DNA from: Lama glama
Taxonomy: Eukaryota
Assembly: GCA_028534125.1 (NCBI GenBank)
Contig: CM052818.1
Coordinates: 11,224,001-11,288,000 of the forward strand
Direction of reading: 5' to 3'
DNA: 64,000 bases
In this document: piece after piece, positions 38,301 through 51,135 of the stretch
Position numbering within the stretch: the first letter of the stretch is position 1
Layout of the letters: each line of letters opens with the position of its first letter
Position numbers and translations under genes: made by a program
The notes under the pieces: generated by a model
Seen by the model: only the letters and a program-made list of their open reading frames with translations
Told to the model about the DNA's origin: nothing
The model's database searches: none

Positions 38301-40074
38301 GATGAAAACAGCCTGAGACTTCGATTCAGAAAGCAGTAATTTTGCAAATGCACACAAATATCATTTAAGGAATATTTTGAAAAAAAAATTTTTTTTTCAG
38401 GGTGTAGGTCCTTCTCCTGCCTCCCGGCTGCACAGGCCGAGGCTGATTTTTCAATTTGCAGGTTTGTTAAGCATCATGGAATGTTTTGGTTCTCAATCAA
38501 GAATATTCTTCCCAAGTGGTTCCGAAGTCCTACGCTTGAAAATAAACGCGTGTCCTCTTTGTCTCCTAGCAGCATGTGTTCCCACGTACAATAGCGGCAC
38601 AGGACAGAGCGAGGCAATGCCTTTGATTGAACTGTCCTCTGTGTTTCTAACCCGCCACTCTCACAGGCTGGGCGGCCTGCTCTCTTCTTTGGGCGGTGCT
38701 GGCGGCTGGAGTCTAACAGGGGTGGTTAGGAGCCAGGACCCACGTCCTCCTCCTGGCAGGATTCCTGTCCTACCTCGTGGCCCAGGAGCTGAACAGAGCT
38801 TGAGCTGCCTCAGTGCTAATGACCTCAGGGTCCCACCTGAAAGGAGGAGGTGCAGCCACTGGGACAGGTGGCCGCGCTTAACTGATCTCTGCCCACTGCT
38901 TTGAAGTCGTCTGACAAACAAATGTGTGTGAAATAAACACTGTCGCGTTTATTTCTCCTGAAAAACCACATTATTGTGTCTGAGCTCCACCAGCCAGCAA
39001 ACCCTGATTCATCTAGACACAGTCCCTTTCTTGCTGGAAGATGCTGCGGTGAAAATTTACAGCTGGGAATTTCACCTGCTTCGCTGGTCGTTCTTAATAG
39101 AAGTCAAGAGCACACCTGTAGAGGTGTCACTGCGACCCGGGGAGAGCAGCAGCTTCTCCGTGTGGCTGGGTTTGATTTACTTTTTTCATGTGTCTGATAA
39201 GAGAAGAGCCCTCTTTTCTTTAAGTCTCTATAAGATGAGGGCAAAAGAAAATCTGGCTAATTAAAGGCCAGTTTCTAACCAAGTTTTTCACCTGGGACCA
39301 AGATCAATGGTTAGTTCTAGAAAGTGCTCAAGACCTCATGGTTTAGGGCATTTCAGTTTCATCATCTTCATGGTTCTGATTTAGTGACATTTTGAGATAC
39401 TTATAAGCGACTTCATATGGGAGCACACTGTTTGTGGTTACAAGTGAGACGCATTTAAACTTATTTTACACCCGGATGAATCAAGAACTGCACATTTGGG
39501 GTTTACACCCAAAGCTGCCTCCCTGTCCCAAGGACCAGCATGAAGACTGCCCAGGAGAAGACATCACTGACAGTCAGGGCTGCTGCTATTTTAGATGCAG
39601 AAAACCCTCTGGGAGCAAAAGAATGAGAGGTTTTTCCCAAGAGTGAGACCAAGATGGGAAAAGAGGCTCCAACTCCTTTATGTGTCCAGTTAGCTCTCAG
39701 AAGCCCAGGGGAAAAGAAATACCTGGAACTGCTGAGAAGCCAAGCAGTTTCGGAGGCCACCGTTTCATCTCCTCAGTATTTCAGCTGGTACCCTTCTAGC
39801 CAAGAATTCCTAGTATTTTCAGGCGTTCTCTGTGGAACAACTTAGCAGGCCAACACTCCAACAAGAACCAGCGAAAAGACATTATTTAGAACTGATTATA
39901 TAACTCAGTCTGTAGAAAACTTTCCAGACTGGTTGAATTCAGCTACCCTGTTCATGGGTAATCATGTCAACAAGTAGAACTCACACACACAAAATATTTT
40001 TTTCATCATTTTGTAGATAATCTTCTGAAACGTCCAGTAATGCATGTCGCAGTGATGATAACAGAGGTCTGAAT

Positions 40075-40325
40075 AATCTCTGCCTACTTCATTGATTTCA
40101 TCTCCTACCATCCTCCCCACGGTCTTACTTTAGTTTCTCCATCGCCCTGAGCTCATCCCTCCTTCTGGGCCTTTGCACTGTCTGCTCCTTCCACCTGGAA
40201 GGCATTCAGCCTCGGTTTAAATGTCATCTCCAAGAGACTCCTCTCGATAGCCTTTCAGGCATTCTCTAAGTCCTGCTCTGCTTTGTCTTCCTCACAGCAT
40301 TTGTACTAGTTCATCTTTCTCTGTT
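40075..40325 (+). mobile_element. L2 fragment (left part, interrupted by the MaLR provirus)
   Basis: gggcctttgcactgtctgctccttccacctggaa...aaatgtcatctcc...cctcacagcattt. Confidence 0.7.
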
Positions 40326-40331
40326 TGCATG

Positions 40332-42506
40332 TGTGCTAGTTGGACTCTTCTCAATTCTTGACTCCCTCCGTGCTGTAAAATACATGCCACACGACATGTA
40401 ACTATGGGTAGAAAATAACTGTCACCCCATGGAGTTTAGATTTAGCCACATGACTTGCAGTGGATAACGAAATGTTGGCAGGTGTGATGAGAACAGAGAC
40501 CTCCCATATGCTGTGTGTCTCTCTTATATCCTGGTGCTCCTGCCACGCCCATAAGAAAAATATGTCATACGTAGCCGCTTTTTGAAAAAGAATGAAGAGA
40601 CTCTGAGAATGAAACCAAACCTAATCAGAGGCCTAGAACCAAGTCCCCCCAGGTCCTGAAGCAGTGCTGTTTCAGTCGTTAGAAAGAACATACACACTCA
40701 TCTGAGCTTCTGAGATTTGGGTCCAGGCGTGAGGCTTGTCATTCATTGTTACTGCGCTAACTGCTAATTCATATAGAAATTATACCAGAGATGGGATTCT
40801 GCTGTCAAAAAATACTTCAAAATGTATGTCATTTGGTTTGGGATTATGTGTGGTAAGTAGAGCAAAAACTATTTTAAAAAGTGATAAGAAGCTGAAAAAC
40901 AACCACCCAGATTATGTAGTAACAAAATATTTGATAAAACTATTGACTGCAATAACCTAGCAGGCAAAAAACATACTGGGTGTACTCACAGTATTCAACT
41001 GGGAATTTTTTGAGGCAGAATGTTTGTAGTATGAGCTGGCTGTGCTATTATCTGTGTTTGATAAGTTACTACAAGAAAGAGATGAGCTTGGGGAAAAAAC
41101 TGACTGATCTGCATGCAGGTTTGAGAGGAATTGAAAGAACCTAGGAATTCCGGAAATTGTAAGTTCCAGAAAAATTAAACCATTTCTCTCAAGGTAAAGA
41201 TGTGGTCATTAGAACATTGCCATAAAGTAAAGACAAAATCAAGAAAGTGGTTGTCATGCCCTTTGTTAAGACCCCTGAGATTAAGGAGGCTGAGTTTATT
41301 ACTCACTAATAAATAATACATGCAAAGCATCTACACTTCTGTCTAGAAAGAAGCATGATTCTTATCCACAATGCAGGTAAGGCATTTGGCACATGTAGTT
41401 GAGTGGAATCATACATAGAAAACCTACAAAGTTTTTGCAAGAGTTGTATTGGAAAACTGAACACCAGTTGGATTTAAGAAGACTATGTTTGAGATATATA
41501 AAGATCTCTGGGATCCCAAAATTTCCCAGGCAGAAAGCAGGCTGAGAAGCCAGGTCAGCTACCAAGAAGGACATGTTCTCCAGTATTCATCAGGACAGCC
41601 AAAGATGAAAAAGGAAGATGCTCCAAGAACAGAGAGAAGACCCACGTATAATAGTATATTGGTGATGAACTCCCAGGTGCAGACCCAGGGCCTAACCAAA
41701 ATATAGACAAGCCTCTTTGTAGGGGAATCCGGCCCAATTTTGAAATTGCTGTAGACCAGTGTCTTCTCTGTTGTTCTCAGTTTTTTTTTTCCCTTGTTGA
41801 ATGCAACTGTTCTAATTTGTTTATCCCGTCCCTATTCCAACATTGTATGTTAGATGTGATTCAGTTCATACATGTACCTGACATGAATCGTGAGATCCTG
41901 GACTTTGAACCTGATGCCAAAACTGAGTGAGATTTTGTGGGTTTCTTGGGCGGGCAATGGGTATATCCCATATGCAAAGGATCCTGAACAACTGTGACCA
42001 AGAGGGCAGACTGTGGTAGAGGGACTGAATTGTTGTTTTCAATTCTCCATTGCTTTCTTATTATAAAATTATACATTCACACTTTTCCCCATAAAGCTTG
42101 CAGTTCTTCCCACTATGAATGGAAAATATTTCTTTCATCCATTCCTATTGGGCTTGGCATGTGAACTCTCTTGGGTAATAAAATGTTAGTCAATGTGACT
42201 GAAGCAGCGTTTTAGACTGGCTGGCACAATCCAGCTTGTTCTCTTGCACTCCCGCTGCTGCCCAGGGGAAGAACATGCCCCAGGTAGCTTCTGGTCCAGG
42301 GAGAAACCGAGCAGACAAGGGGAAAAGATCTGATCCCAACTGACAATTTTGAGTCAAGAGAAGCTGAACTGTGCTACCAGCAGTCACTTTCCAGCTGACC
42401 CACAGGACTGCAAATGAGACAAATGAATGTTTGGTGCTTCAATTTAGAGATTTTTAGAGCCGTTTGTTTCACAGCATTATTGTAGGATAAATGCTGACTG
42501 ATTACA
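40332..42506 (+). mobile_element. MLT1J/I-like MaLR provirus: 5' LTR (~40332-40774), internal region, 3' LTR (~42012-42506)
   Basis: The two LTR starts align by eye (tgtgctagttggact..tcaattct..tgtaaaatacat vs tgtggtagagggact..tcaattct..tataaaattatacat); internal region starts gaaattataccagagatgggattctgctg like MLT1-int; purine-rich aagagggcagac precedes the 3' LTR. Confidence 0.8.
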
Positions 42507-42512
42507 TGCTTG

Positions 42513-42650
42513 TTTATCGCCTGTCCCCATGGAACTGTAAACTACGAAAACAGAAACCTTTTCTATCTTGTTCATGTATGTATTTTAGTGGCCAGAAACC
42601 TTCTAGATAAGTAGCCATTGCACAATACATATTTTAGATGAATAAATTAA
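42513..42650 (+). mobile_element. L2 3' end (right part)
   Basis: cctgtccccatggaactgtaaact...tatcttgttca...aatacatattttagatgaataaat. Confidence 0.65.
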
Positions 42651-44879
42651 AAATATATAGTAAGAAATGACCAATTTGACATTAACTATCTATTAGAGCT
42701 CTATTTGGGTATATCATTCCTGAAAACTTAAGGTTAAATGCACATTGGGCAAAGAAAAATGGAATACTATAGGAATACTATAGTATTTGGAATTCTTCAC
42801 AAGAAAGTATTAAAGATCTCCTCGTGTGGTGTTAGGATGGCTGACAGACAGCCACAATGACCAGAATAGGTAATTTGGTTGAGAAGAGAGAATTATTATG
42901 AGACAATGTCCCAGTTGTCTTCACATCTGTAGCTGCAGCACACTGTGGGCTCTCAGGACAAGTAAGTTCAAACGCATTGACTTTCAGAGCACACAGATGA
43001 TTTAAACCCTCCTCTGCCTTTAGTTGTGGAAAATATTTAAATAACAGCAAATAATGCAGGCCTCTGCCTACTTCTTCACTCGGCTGAAAACTCTCTCACT
43101 TGCGAGGAGCCTTTGGGGACAACCCTGGAGAACATGGTACTCTCTTCCGTTTCCCCAAATGAAACAGCAGGAACTCTGTGGATATTCTTAACAGAATTTG
43201 TCTTTCAGCCTTTCATATTCTCTAAATCAACCCCATTTTACTTTCTTATTCTTCCTAAGTAATCCTTTCCTTTAACCCAAATATCCCACCCTTAATTTAA
43301 GGCAGTAATTTCACTGGACTGTTTGTTTTCCATCTACTGTTGCCCCGCCCCTAGTATGTGCTACAAGGGCGCTGAGTCCTGGGGGAAGAACCCTGGAGTA
43401 AGACACAGTTCTGACTCCCACGCAGTCTATTGAAAGACAAGTAATCTGATCGTGCTGCTTTAAAGTACGTGCTACAATCGAAGGATACAGCATAACGCAA
43501 AAGCGGGGCATTTCAATGATACTAGGGACTGACAAAGGGTAGAATTTGAAATGGAAGTAAGTGATGAAGAAAGGCAATAATGATGTGAAAGAAATTTCCC
43601 CAAACATGTTTTTGTCTGTGCTTATACCCACCAGAAGAAAGTAAATATCAGTGTATCCTGAAAGAAAACTACATGGCTCACCAGATATGCACCCAAGGAA
43701 AGGGAAAAAAGAGGCGTTTCTAGCCCTCAAAGGCTCCCTCTCAGTGTGGTGTATATACCTTATTTGGCACAGTCTCAAGAAAAATGGCAAGAAAGCACAA
43801 AACAGCAATTATTTGGAGAAAGGAGAAAGCAGAATCTGATTGAAGTAGTTTGTCCACTTGTTAAAAGTGCCTTTTTTTTTTAAAGGCACTTGGAGTCAGT
43901 AATAAGAAATTAAAAAGCAAATGAAGAAAATCTAGATTGTAAAAACGAGGCCAAATTGTATAATAAAGGAGAAAACAGGATGGAATTTGGTCTGTCACAG
44001 TGGGAGGGTGAAGGGGCAAAGGAGCATCAGAGTCTGGAACGCTTTATAGAAATTAAAAAAAAGATCTTGTGGGTTGATTGATGAGCCAAGATAAGGTGCC
44101 CTGAGGCCAAGGGTTCAAGAGTTTATTTGGTTGATCTAAAAGTTTTCTTAGTAGAGGTCATTTTTGAAGATAGCGGGGAAATGTTTGGTTAATTATGTTT
44201 GTGAAGCACATGTATATCCCCCAAAGTGCTTGTTTTATGTCTACTTTCTATTTTTTAATCTCTCATCTTTGTCAGAACTCTACGGTGCCAATGTCATGGA
44301 AAAGTTAGTCTCCGAATGATGCTTACCTTCCCGCCTCTCTTTATAATTTCCCTCCAACTCCTCCCACCACCCTGGAGGGGTACGCAGAGTCAGTGTTCTA
44401 ATAGCAAATCCTAGTCTAATATTTTCTGGAAAGCACTTGTTTCCCATGTGTGTTTACGTCTTTTAGGAAGAAGAACACTTTGAGGAGAGGAGCACGTAAT
44501 CTCTCAGACAACTTTCCTTTCAAGGGACACATTCAAAGGAACTCTGCCACCTTTCTTCACGGACTGAGATGCAAATCACAGAAAATCTTAGATGATTCCC
44601 TCCCATAAAAAATTCTAAGACACAAACTGTAAATAATCTTAGGGTTCTTCTGACAGAAACCAGAGGCAAATCAGAGTGGTGTAAATAGCCAGATGCCATG
44701 ATCACATCCTCTTCTGTCTTTTAAATTTTTTATAATCATCAACACATTTCATAATTGTTATTTTCCACTGCCTCCCTTTATATATTTTTATCAAGAATGC
44801 AAAGAAACAAAATATCACTGATAATACATATAGAGGAAAAAGTTCATTGAAAAGAATGTGCCTAGTTGAAAATAGCTTA

Positions 44880-45075
44880 TAGCTTTACATACATGGTTTC
44901 ATTTGATCTTCATAATAGATAGGGTAGCATAGGAAACTATGTATTGATGCTATTTTAAACTTGATTATTAAGTATCTTCTTAACAAATGTGCCAATCTAG
45001 CTATAATCTTTCCAAAATACAGTGAGTCATAGTCAGAGTGTTGGCTGGCAGAGCCCTGAAAGGTCAAACTCCATC
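44880..45075 (-). mobile_element. MIR fragment
   Basis: gctttacatacatggtttcatttgatcttcataata. Confidence 0.5.
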
Positions 45076-46699
45076 TACAGGGTGGCTCTCTGCAGCTTCT
45101 CCCCCGCTTGCTGTCCATCTTTTACCTAATGACATAATTAAATGTCTATAAAGTTCCATAATTCTTGCTCCTTTAATTAACTGGAGGAAAATCTCCTATT
45201 GTCTCAACATAGAAGAGACTGCTGTTTCACTTTGCATTAAGTTTCAAAAGGCTCATGGTCAAACACCCTAACAATTGCAAAAAGCACTGATTATTGTAAA
45301 AAAAAAAAAGTGAGAATTTCAGTATAAATGCAAAGTTTCAAGCAACTCCATAATCTGCCAGCTAAAATTGGTTCTGTGTATCTTGCTGCTGGTTTCTACC
45401 AAACATTGTTCTAGATAACAAGTAAGACCTTAGCAGAAGCCCAAATCTCTGAATCAAATGATCCCCCTGAAAAACTCTTCTGGACCCCAGAAGTGCATCA
45501 CCAAACACCCCTTTCCCCAGAGACTCAAGGTCCTTATGAAGAAAAAAATGTGAACTTGGGACAAGACACAGAATACATCCTGTAAATTTTACATGAGTTT
45601 CTTGAAATCACTTCCATTGTGCCTCTGACCTTCACTACTTTAAAGTTCTAATTCAAGCAGAAATTGGGATGATCTCAGTTGGATGTAAAATGGGGGATGG
45701 CCACGGAAAAGGAACCTGGAGTGGAAGAGGAAGAAAGAGAATTCATACCCTATAAACTATTCTCACTCCTCATGTGGCGAAGGCTAGACCCAGAGACTTC
45801 TTTATGTCCCGCAAAGAGAGTACTCAGGAGGGGCTGAGTTGAGCTAGGGGGCTTAGCATGGGGAGCGGTGATAAAGGGCAAGGTGCCTCCTCAGCTGACA
45901 CTCTGGGAGGACTTTCCAAGACTGGGGCTGCTTACATTATGTGGCAGAGACTCAAAAAGCATCAGCAAAACCTGAGATGAGTCAAAGGCATCTGGAGGTT
46001 TCTGCAAGAACTGGCCAAACCTGCTGTTGACACCTGCGGGCACAGAGAGCTCTCCATCCCAGGAGAGGTCTCGCTACGGAGACCTGCAGGGCCAGACACA
46101 GGACGTAGACCTGAGCACCCTTCCCTCTGCTTCCATGGAGACAGAACAGACCCCTTGGCAGGGATGTGCTTTAGGGCTGCGAAGGCTGTTCACAGATGTG
46201 AGGTCCAAGTCATCACCCGCATCTGGAGAGCCACGTGCCCTGGGGCAGACCTCGACAATCTGGAGCAAGGGAGCCTTTTGACATTGGTCCTCTCAGAAGA
46301 ATGGCCTCTTTTTATCATTCATTCTTAAGTCTTTGTTAGCTGTAGTCTTGTCTCTCAGACACCAAGACATCATCTTGAGGGAGAGAAAAGTGGGGCTGGT
46401 AGCGGGGAGGGGAGTGGTGGGAAGAGGGGGAAGACAATCTAAAAGACTGAGCATTCTCCTAAAGCAGCTAAGTCTTTCAAAGAAGGCTCTATAAGCCATC
46501 ATAGCTGGGAACAGACTGAATGTTAAAATGAAAGGAGACTTACAAACCAGAAGTGACTGAAATGTTGCTAATGGATAGTAAGTTGTTTTTACCATTCAGT
46601 GAAGTGGAATTGCATGGGCCAGATCAAAGTTTCTAGAAATTAAAGGGCAGCACTTGTGTTCTGCATATCTGAGCAGAGCGCGAAGAAACACCCAGCTCC

Positions 46700-46875
46700 A
46701 CTGTGTGTGTGCACATGTCTGTCCAAAACACAGACTAGAGGATTGTACGCCAAGCGTAATCATGTTTTTTTCTGCATAATGAAATTATGGATGTTTATAT
46801 TTTTGATTTTTCACTTTTCACATCCTTCAATTTTTCTGCGACGAGCATGTACTAGCTGTTTAAAAATCAAAGACG
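46700..46875 (+). mobile_element. Old L1 (L1MC/ME-like) 3' end
   Basis: agactagaggattgtacgccaa...attatggatg...tttttctgcgacgagcatgtact. Confidence 0.5.
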
Positions 46876-46975
46876 GATAAATACTATTTTACGATCATTT
46901 TTTATATCTTCTAGTTGTTTTTGTCTAAACCCCAACTGTTCTTAAAAGCACCTAAACTATCTGGTCAGTCAGTCC

Positions 46976-46991
46976 TGTGTGTGTGTGTGTG

Positions 46992-47059
<68 letters not shown>
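46976..47059 (+). repeat. Compound microsatellite (TG)8...(TA)32
   Basis: TG run 46976-46992; perfect TA run 46996-47059. Confidence 0.98.
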
Positions 47060-47067
<8 letters not shown>

Positions 47068-47834
47068 TATATAATTGTTTAACTCATAAATCCTTTCTAA
47101 CTTTAACTTTGCTCCATTTTAATCCTTTTATTTCAAAGATGACATTGTATCTCCTTTTTTCTCTTAAAGTTTCAAAATGGCCTTTGGCCAAATGCAATAA
47201 AATTTTGCCCTGACCTGACATAAAAAATGGAGTATGTCTATGAAAGCACTTTGAAAACTTTAAAGGGCTTTAATAAGGCACGGGTGGTACGGGTGGTGGG
47301 AGGAGGGGGAGGCGGGGGTGAGTGGGAGGAGACACAAGAGGAGGAACTGCATTGTATCTTCACATAATATACATTTCAAAGGTCCTTCCTGTATGGATTT
47401 GCAAACAGAAGCAAATGGAGTCACTGCCTGGCATTCCTGAATGCTCACAATTTTATAACGTTTCCCATGCCAGGGGCAACAGGGAATCCCCCTTCAGGCT
47501 GACATTTTCTGCATCCTTTGCTGCTGCTAAGAGCAACGGACCTCGGAGCTACTGGTCTCCTCAGTGTGACCCCTGAGGCTGCTGCCTGTGTCTACATTGT
47601 CCTAGGAGTGAGTCCTAATTGGGGAAAACGCCTTTAAACCTGGAAACTGTCTCTAATATTTGGGTTATCTGTTTGATAAGGAGGATGTAGCAATTCCAGA
47701 AGAAGCAGCTCTAAGAATTCACTCCAAATTTGGATTGACTTAGAAGCCCTCTCCCCAGATGACAAGAAACAGAATTTGTTGGCTAAGGGCCATCTTCACT
47801 TTCCAGCCTCCCCAGCATACGCCTACAGCAGGAG

Positions 47835-48090
47835 AAGTCTGCCTTAATGGTTAAGAACATGCAGTGTGGAGTCAGAGAGCCTGGATTCAGATCACAGCTC
47901 TACCACTTGTTAGTTATAGGGCCTTGAAGAAGCTTCTTCCCCTCTCGTTGTTGTAAACGCCGCCTTGTAAACGGAGATTATAACAGAGCTTGTCTCATAG
48001 GGTTCTTGAGAGATCTAAATGCATCAATATAAGTGAAGTGCACACAACAGCATCTGACACTAACTTCCCCCAAATGCTAATCGTTAGTAA
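47835..48090 (+). mobile_element. MIR SINE, near full length
   Basis: aatggttaagaacatgcagtgtggagtcagagagcctggattcagatcacagctctaccactt...tctcatagggttcttgagagat. Confidence 0.88.
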
Positions 48091-49649
48091 GCAGAGGATC
48101 CTCGAGTGCATCTGGACCACCACAAGCCTCTGAGGTTCACATCCGCGCCCCCCTCCCCCCGCCAAGGAAGATAATCCTGAGAGGGCCTGGAGACTCTGAG
48201 CAAGGAACACGTCTCATAGCTCTGCACAGTTCGAGACTGTGTGATGTGTGCCAGGCCTTCTGGGCTTGCTTTGGCAGAGGAAGGGTTGGGTGTGTGTTGT
48301 GTCATCCGTACTTTCTGGGTCAGTAGGCTCTGGGATGACCCCCTGCTCCTGGATGCACTACTGTGACACACTCACATGGGACCGGATTCAATGGTCTGGT
48401 CTTCACGCCTTGTAGAAAACAAGCAAAGGAAATGTCTTCACACAGGAAACAATACTGAGGTCATGGACTGACCACTTTCTCACCAGCCTATTTTTTTTTT
48501 TCAGTACTAATGGCTCTCAAACAGGCATCGAAACGAATGCCATTAGGTCGTGTAGAAAACCTAGAAAATGTGCGGCACAGAGGTGTGCTCTTATCTGGAG
48601 AGTCCTCTTTTCTTCCTTTTTTGACCAAAGGAGAAATTCCAGCTAGAGAGGAGAAAGCAGAAGACGCTTTGGGTTTATGCGAACATTTCTTAAAAACAGG
48701 AGCTTTACTTCAACATAACCCGGAAGGGCAACTTGGCTTTTATGGCGTTCAGCCAGACCTTTAGCAGTCTTAGGTAAATTAATATGCAATGAAATTGTTA
48801 ATAAACACATGGCATTTTTCTAGATGGCATTAAAAATTGATCAGCTGGTCACACCTCACACCTCTGCCCAGAGCAGAGTTCACTTCATCGATAAACACAT
48901 GGGAAGAACACTGGAGTTAGTCCTAAGCCACTCCTGCTCTATTTTAATTCATTCATCAAACACGTAGTTCTGGGAATTTTTCCCCTCTGTCCATTCTCTC
49001 CTGTCCCCACATCTTCCATTCCCTTCCTCATCTCCCGTGATGTCAGCTTATTAAATAGATATACTTTAATAGGCCCAGAGAAAATCACGTCAGATTTGTT
49101 TGGGGCAGCACTGATCAGCCTCGATTTCTGGGGTGCAGCTCAATCCTCCACCACACACACACATCTCCCACTCCAGTGACTGCATTTCATCTTCCATCCA
49201 CCCAGCTAAGGAGAACAGAGGCTAATTTAGGAGCCTCTTTATGCCCGTACATATTCAGCCAGAGGGGTCACTGCTGATTGATGCAAGACACACTGTCCTC
49301 CAAGAGCTCGCCAAGTCCCTGCTGGTCCAGAGCGCAGCAACCAACAGTAACTCACCCCTTAGTGCCTGTGCATTTCTGTGCCTCCAGCTAGAAACAGTCA
49401 ATAAACACCAGAGGCAACTTATGTCGCCTTAGATCACTAATAAATGCCTCACACCATCACCAGAGAGCCCTTTTGCAAAAATGTGTTTCTCTACAGATAG
49501 ATGGCAAGCCTCAGCAGCCACTTACTACAGAAATGCCTTAGAGGCCTGAAGGAGGAGACAGGGAGAGAGAAGTCCTCTCCAAAGACAAGAGTAATGTGCT
49601 TCCTCCTAATAAAAGTCTTTCCCTTTTGTTGAGTCCTTCCTCTGAGCCG

Positions 49650-49760
49650 TTCATTTACCACAATTCTGGGACTCAGAGAGCTCTAGGCCATCTTACAGAT
49701 GAGGACACAGAGGCACAGAGAGCTTAAATAGCCTCTACATTCTGCTTCTCCACTCCCCCC
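49650..49760 (-). mobile_element. MIR fragment
   Basis: catcttacagatgaggacacagaggcacagagag. Confidence 0.7.
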
Positions 49761-50984
49761 ACAGCCCCCACACAAATAGGCTTGTGGATGTGTGTTGCAA
49801 AAGCAGCTGGGGAACTCTCCAGTTGCTGGGCAACTCAGGCTGCTGTCTGGGCCTTGGAACACTGCTAGTCCTTCCCGAATGATGGAGAAGGGCTCAATGG
49901 TTTGGTTACTCCACAGGTTGCCAGGGACATGCCCCACTGTATTTTGTCCACGGTCTGGACATTGTCAACACTTCCAGGGTCTCCCACTTACTTTAAAGGT
50001 GAGTGTTGACTATTCAGACAAGTTACTTTTGGCACCACAAAGCACTGGGTGCTCACTCTGGATAGGTTCTGCAAAGGTTTAAGGGAGTAAAGCATTACCA
50101 GAAAAAGAAAAAGAAAAAGAAAAAGATGGCATGATCACAGTCTTCTACAATTATGTGCAATCATGCAACTTTCAACACAGCCAGCCCCCGGCAGCCCCTG
50201 GGTTAAACACTAGGGATGAGGAAAACAAACATGCCTGGGCTGAAGAGTGTATCATTCCTTTTCCTTCTTCCTCTGCTCTCCCTCCATTTCCTAAGGAGTC
50301 TCATTATCTCTCTCTATACACACAAGTCTTAGCTGCAATCCTGTGGCAGAATGAAGCAACTGCATTGACCAGAACGTCGATTTGGCTACCAACTCCAGAA
50401 ACGCGAGTATCTCCGCATCCTGAAAAGATCACATAGCTGGACACTGGTTATGCTCGGACAGGTTAGAGCTGTCAGTTTCCCACTTCACCGCGCTCCGCTC
50501 TTGCAAGAACTAAACCACAGACTATCCTGAACTTTTGAGTTTTCTCAACCGTCCCTGGAAGCTCACAGCACATGAACACTGAATACTCAAGATAATTCCT
50601 TATCTGTAATATCTGCTGCACGAAGGGGATGCTGCCTTCCATCGGCTCTTACTGCACTGTTCTGCAGTATTTCTGTGAAATGAGGGAGCAGGCATGAGCT
50701 GACTCCTCTTTTTGCAAGAAAGCAGAAGAAACTCTGGGGGTGGTAGATCCAGGTTTGAATTTGGTGGTGGGGATCACAGCCCTTTTCTGTTGTGGAGAAA
50801 AATGACCTAATATGTTGAAGCTAATAACAGTATTAACAATAATAATATCTTCTATTTCTACAGGGCTTCCCCGTTTTTCAAACTCATTCACATTGGCGGT
50901 TTCACTGGCTCCATACATGAAACTTTATGTTGGTATAAACATTGTGATATTTTTCTCAATAATAACACACCTCTCTATTTCATT

Positions 50985-51135
50985 TGCTCACCACAATCAG
51001 AGAAGGAAATATTACTATTTCCAACTTATCAATGAAGAAACTGAGGGTTCTAAAGAATAATTTTTCCCGGGCTATAAAGCTGGAATTTAAACCCAGCTGA
51101 TAACTTTGCGAAGTTCAGTGTCTGTTCCTTTCCAG
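50985..51135 (-). mobile_element. MIR fragment
   Basis: attactatttccaacttatcaatgaagaaactgagg...gctggaatttaaacccag. Confidence 0.7.
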
